From: a virus
Lineage: Duplodnaviria > Caudoviricetes
Strand: one strand, 5' to 3'
IMG/VR virus record: IMGVR_UViG_3300023198_000698
Location: 1 to 57,674 of that record
Length of the DNA stretch: 57,674 nucleotides
The translations under genes and the position numbers were made by a program. Below the pieces are notes generated by a model, which made no database searches, was not told the DNA's origin, and saw only the letters and a list, made by a program, of their open reading frames with translations. Numbering within the stretch: position 1 is the stretch's first letter; every line of letters begins with the position of its first letter. Shown here piece by piece: positions 46,630 through 54,003 of the stretch.

Positions 46630-47541
46630 TTAGAATTGGAAATTGTCGAGTTCGTCGATCGTGTCGGCGGCGACCTGCTTCACTTCGTTCCGGACCGTCC
46701 GGGACTCGCGGACCGCGTCCGGGTTCATCGCGCCGAACTTGTCGCTGATCCGCTTCAGGGTCTCGTCGAGCTTCACGGAGCCGACGACGTTCAGGCCCTG
46801 CATCTCGTCGCACAATTCCCAGACGTTTGTCAGGAGGCTATCCTTAAAATGCTTGTCGGTGTTCGGCTGATTGCACTCTTCCAGCTTCTTGACGACGTGG
46901 GCGAGCTTCTTGGAGACCCGGGCGAGAACGTCGCGCTGGGATTCGAAGAGCTGCTCTCGGACGGAGGCTTCCTGGCTGGCTTTGATCTTCTCGACTTCTT
47001 CGGCCGGAAGCGAGGCGAGGCGGATGTCGGAGGCGCGGGAGACCGCGGAGGTCCGGACGTTGAAGCGGAACTTGCCGGCGAAGCCAGCCTTGTCCGGGAA
47101 GTTGACTTCCGGGGTGAGACCGTTCAGGCGCTTGTGGACCTTCGCGGCGATCTCGTCGTAGCGGCCGACCGCGGCTTGAACGGCGTCTTCGAACTTCGCC
47201 TTCGCGACTTCGAGCGCGTCCTTGGTTTTCAGGTAGCGGCCGACGGGGACCAAGCGCATCCCGTTATCTTCCCACGGGAGGCTGCTCCCGATCCAGACGG
47301 CTCTCGCTTCGCTGCGAGCTGCCATGATGTCCTTACGGTCGGCGGGGTCCATCGCTTTCAGGACCGTCGAGATCGCGTCTTCGTCGGCGCCGTGAGTCGC
47401 TGCGGCTTCCTTGGAAAGCTTGTCGCATTTGACGTTGCCGGCGTAGGTTCCGACGCTGAGCTTGACTAGGACGCATTGTTCGCTGATGTCTTTTGTTTGG
47501 TTCATGATCTTGTCTCCGTTCTTTGTTTGGTTTTCCGTCAC
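46630..47541 (-). CDS. Helical protein typical of AAA/vWA loci (DUF3150-like)
   Basis: SLPWEDNGMRLVP..Y; own promoter. Confidence 0.65.
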   Translation of the reverse strand: MTENQTKNGDKIMNQTKDISEQCVLVKLSVGTYAGNVKCDKLSKEAAATHGADEDAISTVLKAMDPADRKDIMAARSEARAVWIGSSLPWEDNGMRLVPVGRYLKTKDALEVAKAKFEDAVQAAVGRYDEIAAKVHKRLNGLTPEVNFPDKAGFAGKFRFNVRTSAVSRASDIRLASLPAEEVEKIKASQEASVREQLFESQRDVLARVSKKLAHVVKKLEECNQPNTDKHFKDSLLTNVWELCDEMQGLNVVGSVKLDETLKRISDKFGAMNPDAVRESRTVRNEVKQVAADTIDELDNFQF

Positions 47542-47548
47542 TGGTTTA

Positions 47549-47575
47549 CTATCGGCTAATCTGCTGAAAGCTTTA
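47549..47575 (-). promoter_or_regulatory. Sigma-28-type promoter
   Basis: TAAA-N15-GCCGATAG. Confidence 0.82.
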
Positions 47576-47579
47576 GGAT

Positions 47580-47789
47580 TTATTCGCTTGCCCAGTCGAT
47601 CACCGCGTTCGCGTCTGCCGTGTGCCTCGCCGCCGAGGTCTGGGTCGCGACGATCTGCTTTGCGCTGCTCTTCGCGAATTGGGCGAGCTGTCCGCCTTTG
47701 AAGGTGATCAGGAGCGCCACTGCGAGGAGGAGGATCGAGCCGGTTTTTTTCATCTTGCTGCTTTCGTTTTTTTCGTTGTTTCCGTTCAC
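47580..47789 (-). CDS. Small secreted or membrane protein
   Basis: MKKTGSILLLAVALLITF signal-like sequence from ATG 47753. Confidence 0.65.
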   Translation of the reverse strand: MNGNNEKNESSKMKKTGSILLLAVALLITFKGGQLAQFAKSSAKQIVATQTSAARHTADANAVIDWASE

Positions 47790-47796
47790 AGTAATA

Positions 47797-47823
47797 ATAT
47801 CGGCCAGATCTGGCTATTCTTTA
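47797..47823 (-). promoter_or_regulatory. Sigma-28-type promoter
   Basis: TAAA-N15-GCCGATAT. Confidence 0.82.
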
Positions 47824-48101
47824 GGGTTTTTCTCTCTTTTCTCGTAAGTGCCTGATCCGGTGAGGTTTGTCTGGAAGACTCCAGGAACGCCTTCCCAGGT
47901 CGCTTTGCAGTCAGGGCAGGAGCAAGGCTCGATCCGCTTGGCGGCGGCTCGGAGGTCCGCCCGGGTCCATTCGTGGAGCGCGTGGACGCCGTCGCAGGCC
48001 CAGCCGGTCTTCAGGTTCGCCCAGAAGCCGTCGCCGGTTCCGGCCTCGCTCCAGACCTCGGAGATCCGGGGATCTTTTCGGAGCTGTTCGAGTATGGTCA
48101 T
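47814..48101 (-). CDS. Hypothetical protein with CxCxxC
   Basis: 95 aa; GAAAGG SD. Confidence 0.65.
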   Translation of the reverse strand: MTILEQLRKDPRISEVWSEAGTGDGFWANLKTGWACDGVHALHEWTRADLRAAAKRIEPCSCPDCKATWEGVPGVFQTNLTGSGTYEKREKNPKE

Positions 48102-48181
48102 GTTGCGCCTTTCGATTTAAAGGGTCCGGGAGGAGGAGGACGGAGAGGCCTCCCTCCCTCCCGGCAGCAGGCGTCCGCGGA

Positions 48182-49210
48182 TCAGGCGGCTCGCTTGCCT
48201 TCCCAGATTTGATACTCGGTCGTCGCGACGATCTCAGGGCAAGCCTTGGCGAGCTGCCGGATGAAGAAGGAGGCTTGCTCGGTCGCCCAGCGCATCGCGT
48301 AGGTCAGGAACTTCTTGGCCTTCGTCGGCGTCTCTTTCGCCTTGCGGACGAGGAAGAGCGAGAGCGCGAACGTCACGTCCACCTTGTCGGGTAGTCTGCA
48401 GCCGGCCGGATCTTTCAGGATCTCGTCTTCGGTCGGCGCGTTCTTCCAGATCTTCACCCATCCCATGAATTCGTTCGCGGCTTCGCTGCCGACGCAGCCG
48501 GCGACCACTGCGCGGATGATATCGCCGACCGGGAAGTTCACCGTCTCGCTGATCTGGTGAAGCGTGTCGGCCATCTCCCAGGTCCGCTTCGTGACGCTGC
48601 CAAGCTCGATCATCTCGCCGCCGGCGGGACCGTTCCAGACGTCGTTCCGATACTGCGCGAAGGCTCGCATTGCGGGAGAGATCCCGGCGTCTTCGGCCCA
48701 GCTATCCCAAGCTTCCAGGGCCTGCTCGGAGTCGGTTTCCATGTAGATGTGAACCATCCGCGAAGCGGCAGCTTTGGACATCATGTTCGTCCCGACGTCG
48801 GTCGCCTGATTGCCGGCGATCACCATCCGGGCGCCGGATTTGATCTTGCGGCCGAAGACTTGGCGGTCGAGGACGATCTGGAGGCTCATGTTCTGAACCT
48901 GCATCTTGGCGCGGTCGTATTCGTCCAGGAAGACGATCGACTTCTCGTCGTCGGCGCCGATGCCTTGGAAGGGGATCAGGTCCGTCATGAGATACTTCAG
49001 GCGCTCGCCGTCCGGGAACGGGATCGCGAAGTCCGAAGGCTCCTTGTCACCCAGGCGGACGTCGTAAAGGTTCCATTTGAGGCGCTTCGCGATCTGCGCG
49101 ACGATCGCCGACTTGCCGGTTCCAGGTTTGCACCAGACCGCGACGGGGATGTTTGCCTTCAGGCAGAGGGCGATCGCTCGGGCGGTTTGTTCTTGGTTCA
49201 GTTTTTGCAT
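48182..49210 (-). CDS. AAA+ ATPase (MoxR/AAA_5-like)
   Basis: Walker A PGTGKS, Walker B VFLDEYDRA, IAGN, SRM, KRTWE. Confidence 0.9.
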   Translation of the reverse strand: MQKLNQEQTARAIALCLKANIPVAVWCKPGTGKSAIVAQIAKRLKWNLYDVRLGDKEPSDFAIPFPDGERLKYLMTDLIPFQGIGADDEKSIVFLDEYDRAKMQVQNMSLQIVLDRQVFGRKIKSGARMVIAGNQATDVGTNMMSKAAASRMVHIYMETDSEQALEAWDSWAEDAGISPAMRAFAQYRNDVWNGPAGGEMIELGSVTKRTWEMADTLHQISETVNFPVGDIIRAVVAGCVGSEAANEFMGWVKIWKNAPTEDEILKDPAGCRLPDKVDVTFALSLFLVRKAKETPTKAKKFLTYAMRWATEQASFFIRQLAKACPEIVATTEYQIWEGKRAA

Positions 49211-49255
49211 GATCTTGTCTCCGTTTCGTTGTTTCGTTGTCCGTCTCTGCTTAAG

Positions 49256-49282
49256 CTATCGGCATCCTTGCCGAAAGCTTGA
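49256..49282 (-). promoter_or_regulatory. Sigma-28-type promoter
   Basis: TCAA-N15-GCCGATAG. Confidence 0.78.
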
Positions 49283-49296
49283 GATGTTTTTTCTGA

Positions 49297-49695
49297 TTAA
49301 TGATCTCCCGCGGGACCCTTGCGATAGCCAATGCTGCGGACTTCGAACTGTATCGTCCCCGGGATCTGGGTCACTGTCGCGACCGTCGCGGTCATGAATT
49401 CGATTGCTGCCAGGACGATCTCGATCTCTCCGACCAAGATGTTCGCGAAGATCGGGGCCTTCCAGTCGGCCGGATTGGCGACCGCGGTGAAGGCAGTCTT
49501 CAGGGCGCCGACCGTGAACTTGCCGCAGGTCTGCGCGTTCATCTCGGCGGCTTGCGCGGCGTCCAGCTCACGATAGAGGCGTTCCAGTCTTTCGGTGGCT
49601 CCGCAGACCCCGCCGGCGTCCAGGACTTGGGAGGCGGCGTAGCGGTTCTGGTTCTCGATCTCGATCTGCTTTTTGATTTGTTCGGTTTTGGTCAT
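49297..49695 (-). CDS. Hypothetical protein
   Basis: 132 aa; own promoter and SD module. Confidence 0.72.
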   Translation of the reverse strand: MTKTEQIKKQIEIENQNRYAASQVLDAGGVCGATERLERLYRELDAAQAAEMNAQTCGKFTVGALKTAFTAVANPADWKAPIFANILVGEIEIVLAAIEFMTATVATVTQIPGTIQFEVRSIGYRKGPAGDH

Positions 49696-49740
49696 GATCT
49701 TGTCTCCGGTTTTTGTTCTTGTTTCCCGTCTCTGGTTATA

Positions 49741-49767
49741 ACATCGGCAGGCCCCAAGATTACTTTA
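49741..49767 (-). promoter_or_regulatory. Sigma-28-type promoter
   Basis: TAAA-N15-GCCGATGT. Confidence 0.8.
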
Positions 49768-49786
49768 GGCCCACCGTGAGATTTGT

Positions 49787-49975
49787 TTAGGCAATGCGAT
49801 CGAGGATCGCGACCGAGGACCTGATCCGGGACGCTTCGGCGGCGAGGTCGTCGATCTTGCGGAGCAGGGCTCCGGTGCCTTGTTGGTGACGGCCGCAGGC
49901 GATGTTCGCCGCGTGGTGAGTCTTCCGTAGTTCCGCTTTGATCTCTTCGAGTCTGTTTTCGAGCTGGCTTTTCAT
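49787..49975 (-). CDS. Hypothetical protein
   Basis: 62 aa; own promoter. Confidence 0.68.
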   Translation of the reverse strand: MKSQLENRLEEIKAELRKTHHAANIACGRHQQGTGALLRKIDDLAAEASRIRSSVAILDRIA

Positions 49976-50020
49976 CGTTTTTCCTTCGGTTCGTCGTTTC
50001 GTTTCCCGTCTCTGGTGGTA

Positions 50021-50048
50021 ACATCGGTAGCTTCTGGCGAAAGCTTTA
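50021..50048 (-). promoter_or_regulatory. Sigma-28-type promoter
   Basis: TAAA-N16-ACCGATGT. Confidence 0.68.
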
Positions 50049-50051
50049 GGA

Positions 50052-50300
50052 TTATTTCACCCATTCGGCGCCGGCGGTCGTTAGCTTGTTTCCGGCCCAG
50101 CCGTCCGTCACCGTGTATTCGATGATTCCAGCCTCACGGAGTTCGGCGAGCGCGGCCTTCGTGGTGGGGCGGAGGTTCGGGGCCTTGACCCAGCCGGTCC
50201 CGTGCGCGTTGTCGTGGGCGGTGGCGAGGATCGCTTGCTGGGTTTTATTGAGCTTTTTCATCTTTTTGCCTTCGGTCTTCGTTGTCTCGTTCTCTGTCAC
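50052..50300 (-). CDS. Small winged-helix-like protein (GTG 50300 or ATG 50261)
   Basis: KLNKTQQAIL...LAELREAGII...LTTAG. Confidence 0.65.
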   Translation of the reverse strand: MTENETTKTEGKKMKKLNKTQQAILATAHDNAHGTGWVKAPNLRPTTKAALAELREAGIIEYTVTDGWAGNKLTTAGAEWVK

Positions 50301-50307
50301 TGGTTTA

Positions 50308-50334
50308 ATATCGGCAGCTTCTGGCGAGACCTGA
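50308..50334 (-). promoter_or_regulatory. Sigma-28-type promoter
   Basis: TCAG-N15-GCCGATAT. Confidence 0.7.
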
Positions 50335-50348
50335 AGGATTATTTCAGA

Positions 50349-50591
50349 TTATTCGACCCCGCTGAATCCGCCGCCCTTGACCTCGGACCTCATGGCTGCT
50401 GTGCTGGCGAGATCGGTGGCCTTCCAGGTCCTCCATTCCTGCTCTGCCGCGGCCTTCGTTTCCTTGGGTTCCCCTACGGTCCATCCCATCGACCGATCGA
50501 CGGCGAACCATTTTCCGGTCTTGGGATGCTTCGCCGTGCTGGGAGTCAGCTCTGCGGCTATTGCTTTGGCTTTTTCGAAGAGTGCGTTCAT
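50349..50591 (-). CDS. Hypothetical protein
   Basis: 80 aa; AAGGAAAGGA SD. Confidence 0.68.
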   Translation of the reverse strand: MNALFEKAKAIAAELTPSTAKHPKTGKWFAVDRSMGWTVGEPKETKAAAEQEWRTWKATDLASTAAMRSEVKGGGFSGVE

Positions 50592-50604
50592 GGGTTCCTT
50601 TCCT

Positions 50605-50736
50605 TTAGTGCTTTTTGAGTTCGCGGACGATCCCGGCCCAATGCCACTTGACCTTGTGGTCGAGGGCGAGGCAGTAGGTGTGTAGGATGATTCTCCCCGT
50701 CCGGGTCGTCGCCAGTTTTGATTTTATCGCTCTCAC
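50605..50736 (-). CDS. 43-aa leaderless basic peptide
   Basis: GTG at the predicted +1 of the 50744 promoter, in frame to the stop at 50605. Confidence 0.5.
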   Translation of the reverse strand: MRAIKSKLATTRTGRIILHTYCLALDHKVKWHWAGIVRELKKH

Positions 50737-50743
50737 GATAATA

Positions 50744-50770
50744 CCATCGGCATCCCGCAGAAAAACTTCA
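50744..50770 (-). promoter_or_regulatory. Sigma-28-type promoter
   Basis: TGAAGTTT...(N15)-GCCGATGG. Confidence 0.72.
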
Positions 50771-50951
50771 GGAGTTTTTTTCACTTTCCCCGGTGTCCAT
50801 TGTTGAGACAGTTCCTGTCCCAAAAGTAGACCTGGATTCCGGGAGTGCAAGATGGAAGCGTGAGAAGCTGCAGGAAGGGGGCGCCGGCGCGCCCAGGCTC
50901 GCCAGGAGACGCCGGCCGACCGTCTGAAGGGGATCAGGGCAGGCGGACCGC

Positions 50952-51185
50952 TTAAAGCCTCCTGAGTGATCCGTCCGGACGCCATTGGTAGGCGCGTCCG
51001 TCGTGCATCTTGAAGGGTTTAGCGGAATCGGATGGAATCCCGTTATGGAAGCCGGCGCGATGCAGTAGGGCGAACCTGGACGGAATCTGCCGGTGGAGTC
51101 CAGGGGCGCGGTCCGCCCGGAAGCGGCTGCGGATCGGGGCGCCTTTGTCTGGCGTGAATATCGGGTGATAGTGTGATGCTTTCAT
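50952..51185 (-). CDS. Hypothetical basic protein
   Basis: 77 aa; GAAAGG SD. Confidence 0.55.
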   Translation of the reverse strand: MKASHYHPIFTPDKGAPIRSRFRADRAPGLHRQIPSRFALLHRAGFHNGIPSDSAKPFKMHDGRAYQWRPDGSLRRL

Positions 51186-51198
51186 GGTGTGCCTTTCG

Positions 51199-51744
51199 TT
51201 ATGTTGAGATCGGATTGAGGAAGGAGAAGCTGATCAGCTCCTGCCCTGTCCCGGTAAAGTTCGTGAAGGTCTCCGTCCCCAGGCTGAACGGGATCGACTT
51301 CCGGCCGGCGTTCTGCTCTTCCCACTGGGAAAGGAGCCGGTATGGAATCCAGACGACCTTCGGCGGGGTGTCGTGTTTTGCGTGGAATGCTTTGGGGCGA
51401 AACTCCCAGAGGACCCCGGAGATCGCGCCGGCCCAGTACCAGAGCGCCAGGGACTCGAACTGCTTCGTGGTGAGTCCGGACTTCTTGACCTTGAAGCCGA
51501 GGCGCGGCTCCGCGGTGCTCTTCGCCTCGATCCAGATCGCCCTCCCATCGACGACGCGGGTCCCGGTGTAGTCCAGGCAGTCGTTCCGGAGCTGGATCAC
51601 GACCGGCTTCCCTCCGATCCGGATCACCTTGGTCGGCGGCTCGATCTTGCGGAGGACGATGATCCGGTTCATCTCCGCCCAGCCGGCGGAGAGGTCTATC
51701 CGGCGCTCGAAGTCTTGCCCGGGGGTTTGTGGCTTAGTCTTCAT
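51199..51744 (-). CDS. recU: RecU-like Holliday junction resolvase
   Basis: G..FE..I, LRKIEPP, DYTG...WIEAKST, Q...L. Confidence 0.78.
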   Translation of the reverse strand: MKTKPQTPGQDFERRIDLSAGWAEMNRIIVLRKIEPPTKVIRIGGKPVVIQLRNDCLDYTGTRVVDGRAIWIEAKSTAEPRLGFKVKKSGLTTKQFESLALWYWAGAISGVLWEFRPKAFHAKHDTPPKVVWIPYRLLSQWEEQNAGRKSIPFSLGTETFTNFTGTGQELISFSFLNPIST

Positions 51745-51982
51745 GGCGCGGATTGACGTTCACGATCTTCGGCGGGACGAGCTTTTCCATTGTTGCCGCG
51801 ATGTCCCCGAGGATCTCAACTTGCTTGCTGTGCCTGTCGAGTGATTCCCGCCAGAAGGCTTTGATCTCTTCGCGGCTTTGCTTGTCCTTGAGTTGGACCG
51901 CCAGCGCGACCATGCAGACGGTCGCAACTGCTCCGCCAATGAAGGCCGCTCCGCAAAGGAAGCTTAGGATGATTGTGTTCAT
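51734..51982 (-). CDS. Small membrane protein
   Basis: N-terminal TM helix. Confidence 0.6.
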   Translation of the reverse strand: MNTIILSFLCGAAFIGGAVATVCMVALAVQLKDKQSREEIKAFWRESLDRHSKQVEILGDIAATMEKLVPPKIVNVNPRHED

Positions 51983-51986
51983 GTTT

Positions 51987-52385
51987 TCATTTTTCTTTCG
52001 GTTTGCTGTTCCATCCGCCTTCTTCGGCGATTAATCCTTCGGCCCTCGCTGCGGTCGGGTTCCTTCCGATCCACTCATGGCAGGCGAAGCAGACCGCGGC
52101 GAAGAAGTCCTGATTGTGGAGGAGGTCCCCGATCCTGCCTCGCTTGTGGTGAATGTGCTCGCTCTTCTTGGCCCAGCATCGTTCGCAGATCGGGTGAGTC
52201 TTCAGATATCGCCGCTTCTCCCTTGCGTAGAGCGTGAGGTTCGCCTTCCGCGCCTTCGAGACCGGACTGATCCGCTTCTTCTTGGAGGCGCCGGCGGGGC
52301 GAGCTGTCTTCGGGCGTTCCTTTCGGGTTTTCCACCCATTCGGCTTCGTCCCGCCGGCTAAAGTTGTCCAGAGCGCGTTCCCCAT
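51987..52385 (-). CDS. HNH-like nuclease (NinG-like)
   Basis: CERC..EHIHH.RGR...AVCFACH. Confidence 0.72.
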   Translation of the reverse strand: MGNALWTTLAGGTKPNGWKTRKERPKTARPAGASKKKRISPVSKARKANLTLYAREKRRYLKTHPICERCWAKKSEHIHHKRGRIGDLLHNQDFFAAVCFACHEWIGRNPTAARAEGLIAEEGGWNSKPKEK

Positions 52386-52397
52386 GTCGCCAATCTA

Positions 52398-52595
52398 TCA
52401 CAAGGCTATGATGATGCGAGCGAATTTCCAGGCGATCCCGATCGCGATCCCTACGCCGGCGCCGGCAGCGCAGGCGATGGCGAGCGCGTATAACGCAAGG
52501 CGCCAGGGTGGGCGTCTCGGCTTAGGTGTCGGCGGGGTGATGTAGGTCCTCGGTCCTATTCCGGGCAAGGCTGTTTCGTGATTGTTCGGTTTCAT
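52398..52595 (-). CDS. Small membrane protein
   Basis: C-terminal hydrophobic helix. Confidence 0.6.
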   Translation of the reverse strand: MKPNNHETALPGIGPRTYITPPTPKPRRPPWRLALYALAIACAAGAGVGIAIGIAWKFARIIIAL

Positions 52596-52930
52596 TCTTC
52601 TTTCGTTCTTCGTTGGTGTTCCCTTGTCAGCATCGCGCCGACAAGGAGGTCACGGACCTTTGTGATGTGTTTACACTGCAGCGGGAGGCCCTTGTTCGCT
52701 CCGCTGTTCAGGTGCTTCTGCTTCTTGAACGTGAACTCCTCGCATGTGCAAGATCCGTTTCGGTCGCCCTGAAGTTCGTAGTCCATCAAGTCGACGAGAT
52801 ACTCCTTCCCTGGAGTTGTCTCGGACTCGACGATCCAGCGCGTCCAGTCGTCCTCCTCCGGTCTCGCTCTGGCGGTCAGCTTGCGGACAAGCTGGGCGAC
52901 CCAGGACACGCCCGAAGGGATCATGTTCAT
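52592..52930 (-). CDS. SWIM zinc-finger protein
   Basis: YLVDL...SCTCEEF...CKHI. Confidence 0.75.
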   Translation of the reverse strand: MNMIPSGVSWVAQLVRKLTARARPEEDDWTRWIVESETTPGKEYLVDLMDYELQGDRNGSCTCEEFTFKKQKHLNSGANKGLPLQCKHITKVRDLLVGAMLTREHQRRTKEE

Positions 52931-53391
52931 CGGCTGGCGGTCGCCGGCTTCCAGCCTGCCTTAGGCTTCCAGTTCTTCCAGGGTTTGCCGTTGCCGTGAG
53001 TTGCGACGATCGTCACCGCTTCGGCCGGCGGTGGGATGATGAACGGCGCCGGCGCGGCGGCAGGGATCTCCATCGCCTTCCAGTATCGGATCGGGACGCG
53101 GTTCGTTCGCCCCATGAAGACGGTCTCCACCTTCCAGGCGAAGTTCCAGCTCTGCGGGGTCGGCGGCTGCTGGCAGTGCTGCGCGGTCCGCCAGTCCACA
53201 AGGTTAGTCGATGTGAGGAGCAGCCAGTTCGTGACGGACGTCCGGGTCGTGACGGTCCCCTCATGGAGGCCGGTTAAGTGATTGCCGAGGACGATCGGTT
53301 CGGCGTTTGCTACGCGGACCGCCGCCCATAGCAACGCTGCCAGCGTGATCATGATCGCGATATAGAATTTTTTGAATTTGTGCTTGTTCAT
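52927..53391 (-). CDS. Secreted protein with an STNLxxW motif
   Basis: Signal peptide ending ANA; LLTSTNLVDW...RYWK. Confidence 0.65.
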   Translation of the reverse strand: MNKHKFKKFYIAIMITLAALLWAAVRVANAEPIVLGNHLTGLHEGTVTTRTSVTNWLLLTSTNLVDWRTAQHCQQPPTPQSWNFAWKVETVFMGRTNRVPIRYWKAMEIPAAAPAPFIIPPPAEAVTIVATHGNGKPWKNWKPKAGWKPATASR

Positions 53392-53445
53392 AATACTTCA
53401 GATGTTGTCCTTCGTTTGGTTGTCCCGGCTCCATCTCCGGGGAAA

Positions 53446-53976
53446 TTATTTAGGGTGAGAGATCAGATCGACGTGGACGACATGCTTCATCGACTTGCCG
53501 ATCCCGTGGAATAGCGCCTCGAACGATCGCTGCAGGCGCGGAACCTTCGAGATGTTCGGCGCGTCGTTTGGGACCCTGATCTCGAAGACGGTGATCGTCG
53601 GGCTTGCGGATTTAACCTCGATGGCGACGGAGCAGAAGATCGCCTCGGATGTATCCTTCAGGAGCTTCTCGAATGTCGCCTTGTCCCAGTTTTCTTGTGC
53701 GACAAATTTGTGAGTCGGTGGCGTCTTGCTTGTGGCGGTCGGCTCCAGGAGTTCGATTCTCACAAGCTTCCCGTGTCGGTCGCCGGCTTCTTCGGAGACG
53801 GCGATCAGCGCGTCCAGCGTCGAGCGTTGCTGTCCGAGGACCTTCCCTTGGTCGTGCTTTCCGACTTGAATGGTGAGGATCGTCGATCGCTGGAGGGCGC
53901 ACTCCGTTACGATTGCAGATCTCTTGTCCCAAACCAATCCGTTCACTAGTCTTTTAACGAGTTCCATGATGTTCAT
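53446..53976 (-). CDS. Tandem KH-domain protein (KhpA-like)
   Basis: ELVKRLV..LV...TIQV..HDQGKVLG..STLDAL..V.IEL; degenerate second repeat. Confidence 0.72.
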   Translation of the reverse strand: MNIMELVKRLVNGLVWDKRSAIVTECALQRSTILTIQVGKHDQGKVLGQQRSTLDALIAVSEEAGDRHGKLVRIELLEPTATSKTPPTHKFVAQENWDKATFEKLLKDTSEAIFCSVAIEVKSASPTITVFEIRVPNDAPNISKVPRLQRSFEALFHGIGKSMKHVVHVDLISHPK

Positions 53977-54003
53977 ATCTTTTTTTCCTGCCGGCAGCTT
54001 AAT

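Noticed and set aside
44144-46813. Long N-terminal extensions in the ORF track (44434, 45816, 46813)
   Set aside because: They overlap upstream genes or promoters; better starts are at 44143, 45546 and 46564
40973-50770. Repeats as a CRISPR array or integron attC sites
   Set aside because: Repeats are degenerate, hundreds of bases apart and separated by whole genes; no cas gene, integrase or attC-like palindromes. They fit promoter plus RBS.
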